From positions 8,372 through 72,371 of the forward strand of contig JAFRQS010000026.1 in NCBI GenBank assembly GCA_017428495.1: 64,000 bases of DNA, given 5' to 3'. Under the pieces are notes generated by a model that was not told the DNA's origin, made no database searches, and saw only the letters and a program-made list of their open reading frames with translations. Source of the DNA: Bacilli bacterium (GTDB lineage Bacteria; Bacillota_I; Bacilli_A; RF39; UBA660). Below are positions 1-8,677 of this stretch, in pieces (position 1 is the first letter of the stretch; each line of letters begins with the position of its first letter). The translations under genes were made by a program, and so were the position numbers.

Positions 1-987
1 CATGATTTGCAAGTTCTGATATCATATTGATTCTTAGTGGTCCAACTTCAGTTGCAACTAATGGATTTACATATCTTGTTTTTGCATTAATATTTACACA
101 ATATCTGCCATCAACATATTCATTGCTGTGATAAACTGTATTAGCATTTTGAAATCTTCTAAAACTATCAGATAGATAAGTATCATTACAATTTAAAAAT
201 TTATTAATTATTTCTTCTTCTGATAATGTATATAAATCATCTATTGTTAAATACCCAGCATTACTCATAGATTTACACATATCCGCTAAGAATTGCATAA
301 CAGTCCTATCTTTATCACTTACCCATTCGGGCCAAAGTCTTGATATAGTATGAATATATTCTTCACACACTTCTTTATCCTTAAATGCCAGTTCATCTAT
401 ACCATCTTCATTTTTTACAATTGTTATATTATTGTACATCTTTTTTATTTGTTCTAATTCCCATACTCTAAAAAATGTTAGTCCACTAGCAAAAGTATAT
501 TCAAATCTATCGGCTGATAATCTTGGAGTATCATTATCAGCAATTGGATATATATGATAGTCATCTACTTCTTCTAATTTTATTCCATCTCTATTTAATA
601 AAGCCATTATTTCTTTTGAATTTTTAATAATATCAGTTGTTCTTTCTTCAGTAGATTCTTGTGTTTCTGAATCGCCATTCATAAAATCTATACAATGTTT
701 AAATACTGGAGTTGCTATATCATGAAATAGTCCAGCAATAGTTTGCTTCTTATCATGAGTAAAATTCCATATTATTAATGCTACTCCAACACTATGATCT
801 AAATTAGAATACCAATATCTTAGATTAAAGCATTTAGAGTAATCTGTTCCACAACTCATACTTATTTTTCCAATTCTTTCCATTTCTGGAGTATCTATAT
901 ATTCTAATAACCATTCTGGAAATGTTGGCGATAAGATACTAAAATAATCTCTTACTTCATCATTTAAATTATCTATGTACTTTTCCA
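1..987 (-). CDS. HD-domain phosphohydrolase (5' part; continues beyond window start)
   Basis: Reverse translation from ATG at 987 (MEKYIDNLNDEVRDYF...). Contains H..G.....H.........AGLFHDIATP, the HD metal-binding motif. No stop before position 1. Confidence 0.6.
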
Positions 988-1014
988 TATAACCACCTGT
1001 TTAATTATTATATC

Positions 1015-1116
1015 AAAAAAGACTAGTTTTACCTAGTCTTTTTACTACTTATTGTTGATTGCAGCTTGTGCAGCAGTTTACACCAGCAGTCAATTATTAT
1101 TTTAACTAAAATGACT
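1015..1116. repeat. att-like unit A: conserved-stem hairpin (1015-1043) + ppdK 3'-end mimic ttgattgcagcttgtgcagcag (1055-1076) + ACTAAAATGACT (1105-1116)
   Basis: 19-nt identity to ppdK 3' end at 12985-13003. Hairpin stem aaaagactag/ctagtcttt is shared with the units at 1880, 2754, 3388 and 12910. Confidence 0.8.
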
Positions 1117-1118
1117 CT

Positions 1119-1850
1119 TTAATCGAATTCTAATCTCCCTTTTCCTTTATAAAGATATTGTGGAATATTTAGTTTTAATTTTAATTCTTTAACATATCGT
1201 GGTTTAATATTTTCCTCTAATATTCTGCTAATAGCATCTGTTTGATGTTCTGGAACAGGTTCATCTAATGGCATTCCTAATACACACTTATCTTCACTTG
1301 CAGATGGAATAATGCCATGTGCTAACAATTCATTTTCTTTTGTCCAATCATCTTCCAAATCATAAACAGGTAATAATAGTTCTATGCCAAATTCATTTAG
1401 TAATTGCCTATATCCTTCAATAACTTTTGGCTGCTCAATAGAAAATAATTGACTTTTTCTTGCACCTTCGGCAATAAAATGAACATCATTTAATAAACAA
1501 TATCTTATTGCTTCATGATACATAGCACTTCTGCAATTTAGGCATCTGACTTGCGAAATAGTAGTATCACCATATCTACTGCAAAGCTCACTAAATGACA
1601 TATTTGCTATTACTCTTTCATTGTCTCTAAATAGAGGAACCGTTGTAAGTTTTCCTACATATTCAACTATATCTTTACCATATCCATTTTCAAATTTTAT
1701 TGCTCTTTCAACTTCTAAACCAGTTGATATAGAGCAGCCATTATCAAAATGAACTAATAAAACTTTATAACCTTGTGATACCAATCTTGCCATAGATAAT
1801 ATTGAATCTAATCCGCCAGAATACATTAGAAGAACTTTTTTCCTTTCCAT
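1119..1850 (-). CDS. PP-loop ATPase, QueC-like (7-cyano-7-deazaguanine synthase family); cassette cargo
   Basis: N-terminal LLMYSGGLDS PP-loop motif. About 240 aa with a C-terminal Cys pair (CLNCRS). Stop is 2 bp from ACTAAAATGACT. Confidence 0.6.
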   Translation of the reverse strand: MERKKVLLMYSGGLDSILSMARLVSQGYKVLLVHFDNGCSISTGLEVERAIKFENGYGKDIVEYVGKLTTVPLFRDNERVIANMSFSELCSRYGDTTISQVRCLNCRSAMYHEAIRYCLLNDVHFIAEGARKSQLFSIEQPKVIEGYRQLLNEFGIELLLPVYDLEDDWTKENELLAHGIIPSASEDKCVLGMPLDEPVPEHQTDAISRILEENIKPRYVKELKLKLNIPQYLYKGKGRLEFD

Positions 1851-1879
1851 AACCCCACTCCTTGAATAGATTATAACAT

Positions 1880-2116
1880 AAAAAAAGACTAAAATATAAT
1901 AATTCTAGTCTTTCTAAATATAAATATCCATAAATATAGGTTCATTTAATCTATATTTTACATTATTACCACATATTCTTTTAACATCATCAATTGTAAT
2001 AATTATTCTCACTAAGAATATGCTTTCATACTGTTTCATTTTCCTGATTTTTCGTGAAGATGAGCTTGTGCAATTTCCTACTTTGGCAGTCAATTTATAA
2101 ACTCACTAAAATGACT
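1880..2116. repeat. att-like unit B (degenerate): hairpin 1880-1914, core gatgagcttgtgcaatttcc 2058-2077, ACTAAAATGACT 2105-2116
   Basis: Same stem (aaaagacta...ctagtcttt) and agcttgtgca core as the ppdK end. The right-end ACTAAAATGACT is 9 bp from the stop of the next gene. Confidence 0.65.
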
Positions 2117-2126
2117 TATATTTTTA

Positions 2127-2468
2127 TTATTTCTTATTTTTGGGCTTTAATATTTTAGAAAATGCATTTGAACATTTTTCTTTTATTCTAGCTGTTTTTG
2201 GACCAAATCTTTTAGATACGATTGCAACTGACATTACAAATCTAGTATATATTTCTTCAATTTGTTTACATTTGTCCATATAATATTGTTCTGTATCTAT
2301 ATTATTGGCAATTGATTCTTTAACTTCTTGTTCCATTAAAGATAATGGATATTCAAAATATTGAACAATTGTAGAATATAAATGATCAGCTTTACATTTT
2401 TCTATATCTTCTTTTAACAAATTTAATCCTATATAGTATTGTTCTTTAAAAGTTATTTTCTTTTCCAT
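2127..2468 (-). CDS. hypothetical protein (cassette cargo)
   Basis: 113-aa ORF with no recognisable motif. Bracketed by att-like units B and C. Confidence 0.45.
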   Translation of the reverse strand: MEKKITFKEQYYIGLNLLKEDIEKCKADHLYSTIVQYFEYPLSLMEQEVKESIANNIDTEQYYMDKCKQIEEIYTRFVMSVAIVSKRFGPKTARIKEKCSNAFSKILKPKNKK

Positions 2469-2753
2469 ATTTCCTCCTTTTTTATTAATTTCATAGTTTT
2501 AACGCTCTGGAATTATTTGGTTATTTATCGAGCTAACCAATATCACCAAATTGCATTCATAATTTGCTATATATTTCTCATCTGATGACATGACAAAAAC
2601 CTCTATTGCAGTCACATATTATACATCAACTTTTGAAATATATCAAATACTAAATAGAACAACTCTAAATAAGCCAATTATAATCTAATTCCTGTTGGTT
2701 TTCTAAAATACATATATTATCATCCTTTCTTTTTTATATATTTTTTTCCAACA

Positions 2754-2877
2754 AAAAAAGACTATTTCTAGCCTTTCTTGTATTTTATATTTTCATGCTT
2801 TTGCGTTCTAATTATTTCTCGCTTTAATTGCAGCTTGTCACCATGTGAGGTTCGGGCCGATTTAGACTAAAATAACT
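2754..2877. repeat. att-like unit C: hairpin 2754-2778 + ttaattgcagcttgt 2824-2838 + ACTAAAATaACT 2866-2877
   Basis: About 85 bp collinear with 12910-12996 (ccaacaaaaaaagactatttctag...ttaattgcagcttgt), then diverges after cttgt. Confidence 0.8.
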
Positions 2878-2902
2878 TTTTGTCATATGTACAACAATTA
2901 AT

Positions 2903-3361
2903 TTAAATCTTTTTTCTCGCATTATCAATTTGTAATCTGCATTCATTTTCTAATATTCCAATTTCAATATTTAGTTCTGTTTTTGATTTATCTTTAATAT
3001 CAAATATAGTCACATTAGGGTTCATAGTTTCTTCACTTGGAGCACCATATATATAATTTTGTATTTTTGCTTTGATGCATGCAGACATACACATACTACA
3101 ACTCCATGCATTTGACATTATACAATAATCAGATAAATCCATTGTATGAAGTTTCTTGCATGCTTTTGAGATTAAATTAATTTCTGCATGTAAAATAGGA
3201 TTCATCATTGATTTAACAGTATTGTGTGCCTTTTCTATTATATTTCCATTTTTATCAATTAGTATTGCACCAAATGGTGAATTTCCTTCTTTGATTGCTT
3301 CATCTACTTCTTGCATCACTAATCTCATTAATTCTTCTTTTTTCTCTATAGTTAGATTCAT
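2903..3361 (-). CDS. CDA-fold (cytidine/guanine deaminase-like) zinc deaminase; cassette cargo
   Basis: HAEINLI ... CSMCMSAC zinc-binding signature of the cytidine/dCMP deaminase superfamily. About 150 aa, comparable to Bacillus GuaD. Confidence 0.65.
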   Translation of the reverse strand: MNLTIEKKEELMRLVMQEVDEAIKEGNSPFGAILIDKNGNIIEKAHNTVKSMMNPILHAEINLISKACKKLHTMDLSDYCIMSNAWSCSMCMSACIKAKIQNYIYGAPSEETMNPNVTIFDIKDKSKTELNIEIGILENECRLQIDNARKKI

Positions 3362-3387
3362 TCTATCACCTATATAAATTATACCAT

Positions 3388-3527
3388 AAAAAAGACTAGA
3401 TTAGTCATCTAGTCTTAATTACACTTTTTACTTATTTGCCCCAGACTTGATTGCAGCTTGTCAAACCAGATAATTAACTTATCCAATATGGACGCTTAAA
3501 TGTATGATTTTTAAGACTAAAATGACT
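3388..3527. repeat. att-like unit D: hairpin 3388-3416 + ttgattgcagcttgt 3447-3461 + ACTAAAATGACT 3516-3527
   Basis: Same three-part architecture as units A and C. ACTAAAATGACT is 13 bp from the stop of the downstream gene. Confidence 0.8.
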
Positions 3528-3540
3528 TAATTTAATTTTT

Positions 3541-4221
3541 CTATTTAATATTTATTAGATTTTTTACTATTTCTATAAATTGATTCCATCCTATTACTAT
3601 TGTTATAATCACTGAAAGAAAAGTTAAAATACTGATAATACCACTACATAATTTGAATAATACACTATCTTTTACTTTAGATAAACTTTTAGAAGATATT
3701 AATCCCACACTAAATAATATATCAAGAGGGCTTCCTAATATTGCTTTAATACCGCTTGTTAAGTCATATATAGGATTAAATAATCTTCTTATTTCATTTT
3801 TTCTATACTCATCTATTATTCCCATCTTTCTTAAAAAACAATTATGACACCATGTTATTTGATCTCCTTCATATTCAATCAACCCTTTTGCTTTTAAAGA
3901 TAAGACTTCGTTCATGAAATTAATTACTACTTCATAATTTGGATAATGACCTCTACTATCTCTGTAAAGCATTATTCCCGAATCACCTAATATTATTTGT
4001 ATTTTATCACTATTTGACATAAGCCATTCATATTCTTTTGCATTATATTTATCTTTATTCATCAAATCTGAAATAAATTTGCTAAACTTTTCTCTATACT
4101 CATAGATAAAGTTATAATTATCAGACCACTTTCTTATATTTAAAACATTAGTAATAATACCAATTATAATTAGAAAAATTACTGTTAGAATAAAATATAT
4201 CATGGTATGCCTCCTTAACAA
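3541..4221 (-). CDS. membrane protein (N- and C-terminal TM helices), unknown function
   Basis: Hydrophobic segments at residues about 7-28 and about 195-220. Lies immediately downstream of the serine recombinase, co-directional. Confidence 0.45.
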   Translation of the reverse strand: MLRRHTMIYFILTVIFLIIIGIITNVLNIRKWSDNYNFIYEYREKFSKFISDLMNKDKYNAKEYEWLMSNSDKIQIILGDSGIMLYRDSRGHYPNYEVVINFMNEVLSLKAKGLIEYEGDQITWCHNCFLRKMGIIDEYRKNEIRRLFNPIYDLTSGIKAILGSPLDILFSVGLISSKSLSKVKDSVLFKLCSGIISILTFLSVIITIVIGWNQFIEIVKNLINIK

Positions 4222-4250
4222 TATATTATACCATTTTATTCTAAAATAGC

Positions 4251-5876
4251 TTAATCTAATTTGTGTTCTACGATAAAATAATCTTGTTTTTTTCCTTTCA
4301 CTTCTAAATTAATTGGTTCCTTTAAAAATACTAATTTCCATTCGAACCAATCTTTATGTACTGTTATTTTTTCTACTACCTCCTCTATTAATAAATCATT
4401 AATTCCATTGTAATTAAAATCTAATAATCTTCTAACACTTTGTTTAGCTTTTTCAATTTTAACTTCAGGTGGATCTAATCTTTTTAATTCTTTTTCTAAA
4501 TCTTCTATTTCTAATTTATATAATTCTATTTTATCAGATAGTTTCTTTTGAAAAGATTCATAATCATTTGAATTAACTTTCTTATCTAAATATAAATTCA
4601 ATAATCTATCTAATTTAGTAGATTCTTCTTTTATTAATTTATTATATCTTTTTATTTCACTATTTAATTCATCAGCTTCATGTGTATCTATTTTTATACC
4701 ATTAAGTAGTATTAGTTCTAATTCTATTCTGTTGTGATCATCTTCAACAAGATTTCTAAATATAAACTCAGCCATTTTTTCAAGTTTCCATTCCTGTACT
4801 TCTTTAACTTCACAATATTTATAACCATATTCATACTTCCCACCCTTGGGATGAGTTTTTCTATTATAGCATGCATAGGCATATGTTTTACCTTTGTTAG
4901 TTGTGTGATCTTTTCTTCTATTAAATGTTGAACCACATTCACAAATCATTTTCTTGCTCCAAACATATTTAGGTACTCCAATTGCTGTCCTATCACCTGA
5001 TGGTGATGGTTTAGAGTGTCTATCTAATATAGCTTGTACTTTATCAAAATCTTCTTTTGAAATAATAGGTTCATGTGTACCTTCAACAACTATTTGTTCT
5101 ATCTCTCCTCTATTCTTTTTAGCTTTTTGCTCAAGATAATCTGGAATATATTGTTTGTTATAAACTATTGTTCCAGCATAGAATTGATTTCTTAATACAC
5201 GAGTTATATAAGCCGCATTCCATCTATTTAGTCCAGTTGATGTCTTATAACCCTTCCTTTCTAAGTCTTTTGCTATAGTAGTAGTTCCTACACCATTTAG
5301 ATATTTTTTAAATATATATCGAACTATATCTGCTTGGTCTTGATTAACTATCATAGTATTCTTATTAATTTTGTCATATCCAAGAATATTTCCTGAACCC
5401 ATGAAAATTCCATTCATGAATGCTATTCTTAAACCTGCTTTTACTCTTTGAGAAGTTTTCTTACTCTCATTTTGAGCTAGTGTTGCCATTATAGTGAGCT
5501 TTAATTCTCCATCATCATCCTTAAATGTCCATATATTATCTTCAGTAAAATATACTTCAACACCAATCTTTTTTAGTTTTCTTGTTTCTTGTAATGTATC
5601 AACTGTATTTCTAGCAAATCTTGATACTTCACGAGTAATAATTAAATCAAATTTACCTTCATGGGCATCTTTCATCATTCTTATAAAATTCTTTCTTTTC
5701 TTAATAGAAGTTCCTGTAATACCTTCATCTATATATCTATCATATAGAATCCAATTAGGATGTTTATCTAAAATATCATCATAGTACTGAACTTGATTAT
5801 CTAATGCTGACAATTGAGCTTCATGTTCAGTAGATACACGAGCATATATAGCAACCTTCCTATTCATTTTCATCAC
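4251..5876 (-). CDS. large serine recombinase (resolvase/invertase N-domain + recombinase domain + zinc ribbon + coiled coil)
   Basis: VAIYARVSTEHEAQLSALDNQ with the catalytic Ser region, RFARN and a Cys cluster (CECGS...CYNRK...YCE). 541 aa, typical of phage/ICE-type serine integrases. Confidence 0.85.
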   Translation of the reverse strand: MMKMNRKVAIYARVSTEHEAQLSALDNQVQYYDDILDKHPNWILYDRYIDEGITGTSIKKRKNFIRMMKDAHEGKFDLIITREVSRFARNTVDTLQETRKLKKIGVEVYFTEDNIWTFKDDDGELKLTIMATLAQNESKKTSQRVKAGLRIAFMNGIFMGSGNILGYDKINKNTMIVNQDQADIVRYIFKKYLNGVGTTTIAKDLERKGYKTSTGLNRWNAAYITRVLRNQFYAGTIVYNKQYIPDYLEQKAKKNRGEIEQIVVEGTHEPIISKEDFDKVQAILDRHSKPSPSGDRTAIGVPKYVWSKKMICECGSTFNRRKDHTTNKGKTYAYACYNRKTHPKGGKYEYGYKYCEVKEVQEWKLEKMAEFIFRNLVEDDHNRIELELILLNGIKIDTHEADELNSEIKRYNKLIKEESTKLDRLLNLYLDKKVNSNDYESFQKKLSDKIELYKLEIEDLEKELKRLDPPEVKIEKAKQSVRRLLDFNYNGINDLLIEEVVEKITVHKDWFEWKLVFLKEPINLEVKGKKQDYFIVEHKLD

Positions 5877-5980
5877 CTCTACTAAAAATTAACATTTTTA
5901 TAAGAATTTGTTTACTGTGCGATTTTTACATAAGAAAAAGAAGTATTTCTACTTCTTTCATCACACATTTGACAATTATT

Positions 5981-6292
5981 CTATTCTTCAGCAGCTATAT
6001 CCTTATACTTATCGATTACCTCTTGCATCTCACTGTTGATTTCTTGCACCAATACAGGCTTATTTTGAACAAACGTTTTTAATTGCCCATATATATTACT
6101 ATAAATAAGTTTTTCAACGTCACTTGCAATTTCAACGCCTTCAATATATTCATCTAATACTATCTCTTCCTCATCATATATTTTTTGTAAAATTTCATAT
6201 ATATCTTCTTTAGCAATATCAGATATAGGTTTAAAATCCACTCCATCTTTGCTAAAATAGCACTTTTTATTTTCAATTTTTAAAAGTTTCAT
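5981..6292 (-). CDS. small acidic protein, partner of the PHP-ATPase (translationally coupled)
   Basis: Start MKLLKIEN at 6292 with RBS AAAGGAGAAATATAT upstream. Overlaps the upstream gene's stop (6273) by 20 bp. Confidence 0.5.
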   Translation of the reverse strand: MKLLKIENKKCYFSKDGVDFKPISDIAKEDIYEILQKIYDEEEIVLDEYIEGVEIASDVEKLIYSNIYGQLKTFVQNKPVLVQEINSEMQEVIDKYKDIAAEE

Positions 6293-8306
6293 ATATATTT
6301 CTCCTTTCATCATATGCTTCACTACCTGCTTCCATAACTTCCATTATAGTGTCATAACTCATTATTGAATCATTATTAACTGTTGATAATGTTTTACTAC
6401 CAAATTCTCCAGTATAAACCTTAAACACATTATCTTCGTTAGCTGTATAAATCAATTTATTAGGTTTCATTAACATTCCCAATGAATTATTATGTGTAGA
6501 TATAAATACAGTAGTTTTATTAGATAATTCTTTTATTATCTCTATTATATAATCCTTTATAAATGGATTATCAAATGATGCTTCTGGTTCATCTAATAAT
6601 AATATATCATAACTTTCAGAGCCTTTAATCTCCCGTAACAAATTGTATTCAGCTCTTTCTCCTCCAGATAATTCATTACCATTCTCATTTATTACCTTAA
6701 CTTTAAATGATAATATTGCTTTGTAAACCGTGCTTCTGTCGATTCCAGCATTTACTAATTCTTTAATAAATTTAAATGGATTGGTATTATAGTTAGAATT
6801 AAAATATGAACTAATTCCTGTTCTTGTCGAAAGTTCGTGTTTTACTTCATCTGCATTATTAAATTTATCTTTCTCAACAATAAGTTTAAAACGATACACA
6901 TCTAATTCACAAATATTTTTCTTTGTTTTTAGTCTTGATACCAATTCATTATATTTATTAACTAAAATTAATTCTTTACTAGCTTTGTAAAGATTAACCT
7001 CACTTATATTTATCATTGAGGATTTTGTTGTTAATTTATCCTTAATTATAGTTACTATATTATCAGTGCTTTGCTTTAACTTATATTCTAAATACTCTTT
7101 TCTTCTCCTAGCAATTAAATCATTTATTAAACTTACAATTTGCTTTTTATCTAAATATTTTTCAATCAAATCTTTGTTATGATCACTATCAAGAATTACA
7201 GTTAACGCATTTACTATTTTTTTAGTATCATAATTATCTAAAAAATCAAACTTAATTTCATTGAATAGTTTAGTTTTTGAATATGAATCTTGTAAAGATT
7301 GATTTGTAGCAAACTCTTTTAGACTTGATAAATAATTATCTATTTTATTTAATTCTTCATTATTAATATCTAAAATTGTATCAGTTAGTTTTCTAAGTGG
7401 TTCTAAATAATTAGAAATGATTCTTTGTTGTTCATCTTTAACAAGTTCCTTAAACTTGCTTTCTTCACTTTTACCAGTCAAAGAGAATTGAGGAATATAT
7501 TTGATATTCTCACTTTTATTATCCTTTGAACTATAAATGTGTTCCAAATTATAAGTTTTTCCAGATGATCTCTTTCCTATAATTACATTTAATTTTGTTG
7601 AAGCAGTTGTACCATCTGGTAAATATGAAAATTCATCTGCTTTTTTATTTTCAGAGATAAAAACCTTATTTTTATCTGATAAAGCTTGTTTTAATACGCC
7701 AAACTCTGTTGAATTTATGTCTACGAAAGTGCTTTTTGATGGAAAGCTATATATTCCTTCTTCATTTTTATATGAATCCTCCATTCGAATATCGCTAAAG
7801 AAAACAGGTGAATAAAAAGTATCCTCTTTTTTTGTACTTTCAAATTTTTTTGCACTTTTTACTTCACCAACATTTATAATATTACCAAATTTTTCAATTG
7901 TGGTACTTTTCATTGATGGCTCTTTCTTTATGTGGGGGATTAAAATATAATCTCTGTAGTTTGGAAATATTCTAATAAATTCTTCATAACTAATTGAATC
8001 ATTAGCATTGTGTATGGAATTATTTAATAAAACGCATGAATTATTCAATTCTTCAACTCTATCTATTGAGGCAATAGCTAACATATGAGATGATTCAATA
8101 TCAATTTCTACCCCTGGTAATACAACACAGTTTAATTTGTTAACGATTGTTTCAAATTGATCTTTATCAAAATGATTATGATTAGTTATTGATATTATAT
8201 CTAATTTATTGATGTCAACATACTTTTCTAATGCATCGATTGAAAAATCAAATGATCTTTCAAAATTACTTGGTGATGTGTGTATATGTAAATCTATTTT
8301 TTTCAA
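6273..8306 (-). CDS. PHP-domain phosphoesterase fused to SMC/ABC-type ATPase (Walker A, coiled coil, LSGG signature, Walker B, H-loop)
   Basis: N-terminal IDLHIHTSPS...ITNHNHFD (PHP). GKRSSGKT (Walker A). About 300 aa helical region. LSGGERAEYNLL signature. ILLLDEPEASFD (Walker B). ISTHN (H-loop). Likely TTG start at 8306 preceded by an in-frame stop and a GGAG RBS. Confidence 0.7.
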   Translation of the reverse strand: MKKIDLHIHTSPSNFERSFDFSIDALEKYVDINKLDIISITNHNHFDKDQFETIVNKLNCVVLPGVEIDIESSHMLAIASIDRVEELNNSCVLLNNSIHNANDSISYEEFIRIFPNYRDYILIPHIKKEPSMKSTTIEKFGNIINVGEVKSAKKFESTKKEDTFYSPVFFSDIRMEDSYKNEEGIYSFPSKSTFVDINSTEFGVLKQALSDKNKVFISENKKADEFSYLPDGTTASTKLNVIIGKRSSGKTYNLEHIYSSKDNKSENIKYIPQFSLTGKSEESKFKELVKDEQQRIISNYLEPLRKLTDTILDINNEELNKIDNYLSSLKEFATNQSLQDSYSKTKLFNEIKFDFLDNYDTKKIVNALTVILDSDHNKDLIEKYLDKKQIVSLINDLIARRRKEYLEYKLKQSTDNIVTIIKDKLTTKSSMINISEVNLYKASKELILVNKYNELVSRLKTKKNICELDVYRFKLIVEKDKFNNADEVKHELSTRTGISSYFNSNYNTNPFKFIKELVNAGIDRSTVYKAILSFKVKVINENGNELSGGERAEYNLLREIKGSESYDILLLDEPEASFDNPFIKDYIIEIIKELSNKTTVFISTHNNSLGMLMKPNKLIYTANEDNVFKVYTGEFGSKTLSTVNNDSIMSYDTIMEVMEAGSEAYDERRNIYETFKN

Positions 8307-8361
8307 CTATCTCATCTCCACTTCAACAATTATTATAACATAAAACAGGAAGCTTAACTTC

Positions 8362-8565
8362 CTATTTTATTCCCCTTGGATTCCAATCCATACCTATATT
8401 TTCAAGTAATTCTATTTTTTCTTTTGATAATTTATTCTTTTTATAAGTACCTCTTTGAGTTCCTATCCATCTACCTAATTGTATTTTATCTATAGTTGTA
8501 TATCGAAACGGAATTAATAAATTTCCTTTTTCTTTATAATATTGTTCAGCAAGTTTATAAATATA
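8362..8565 (-). pseudogene. remnant of a helicase-associated (HA) domain gene
   Basis: 57-codon frame with no start: ...KLAEQYYKEKGNLLIPFRYTTIDKIQLGRWIGTQRGTYKKNKLSKEKIELLENIGMDWNPRGIK*. Matches the G.W...QR..YK.GKLS.E....L...G..W HA-domain pattern. Stop codon lies just upstream in frame. Confidence 0.5.
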
Positions 8566-8625
8566 TTATTTCAATGGTTACTCTCCATAAAATTTCTTCT
8601 CACTTGTTGTTATTATATCATGAAA

Positions 8626-8652
8626 AAAGCAGATTTTTTCATCTGCTTTAGA
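8626..8652. terminator. hairpin aaaaaagcagattttttcatctgcttt (second copy at 10562-10589)
   Basis: Perfect inverted repeat (gcagat/atctgc) flanked by A/T runs. A near-identical copy lies 1.9 kb away. Confidence 0.55.
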
Positions 8653-8677
8653 ATGCACAATATCTTAATCTTCCGAT

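Noticed and set aside
3156-3377. 73-aa plus-strand ORF overlapping the deaminase gene
   Set aside because: Lies entirely antisense within a well-supported minus-strand CDS. Low-complexity hydrophobic translation typical of AT-rich antisense frames.
1015-4250. Classical integron (IntI tyrosine integrase + attI + attC cassettes)
   Set aside because: No tyrosine integrase is present. The adjacent recombinase is a large serine recombinase. The repeat units are direct copies of the ppdK 3' end and terminator, not attC-type imperfect palindromes with RYYYAAC/GTTRRRY cores.
4724-5139. Several 60-72 aa ORFs (both strands) inside the serine recombinase gene
   Set aside because: Embedded in or antisense to a conserved recombinase coding sequence, with no RBS support.
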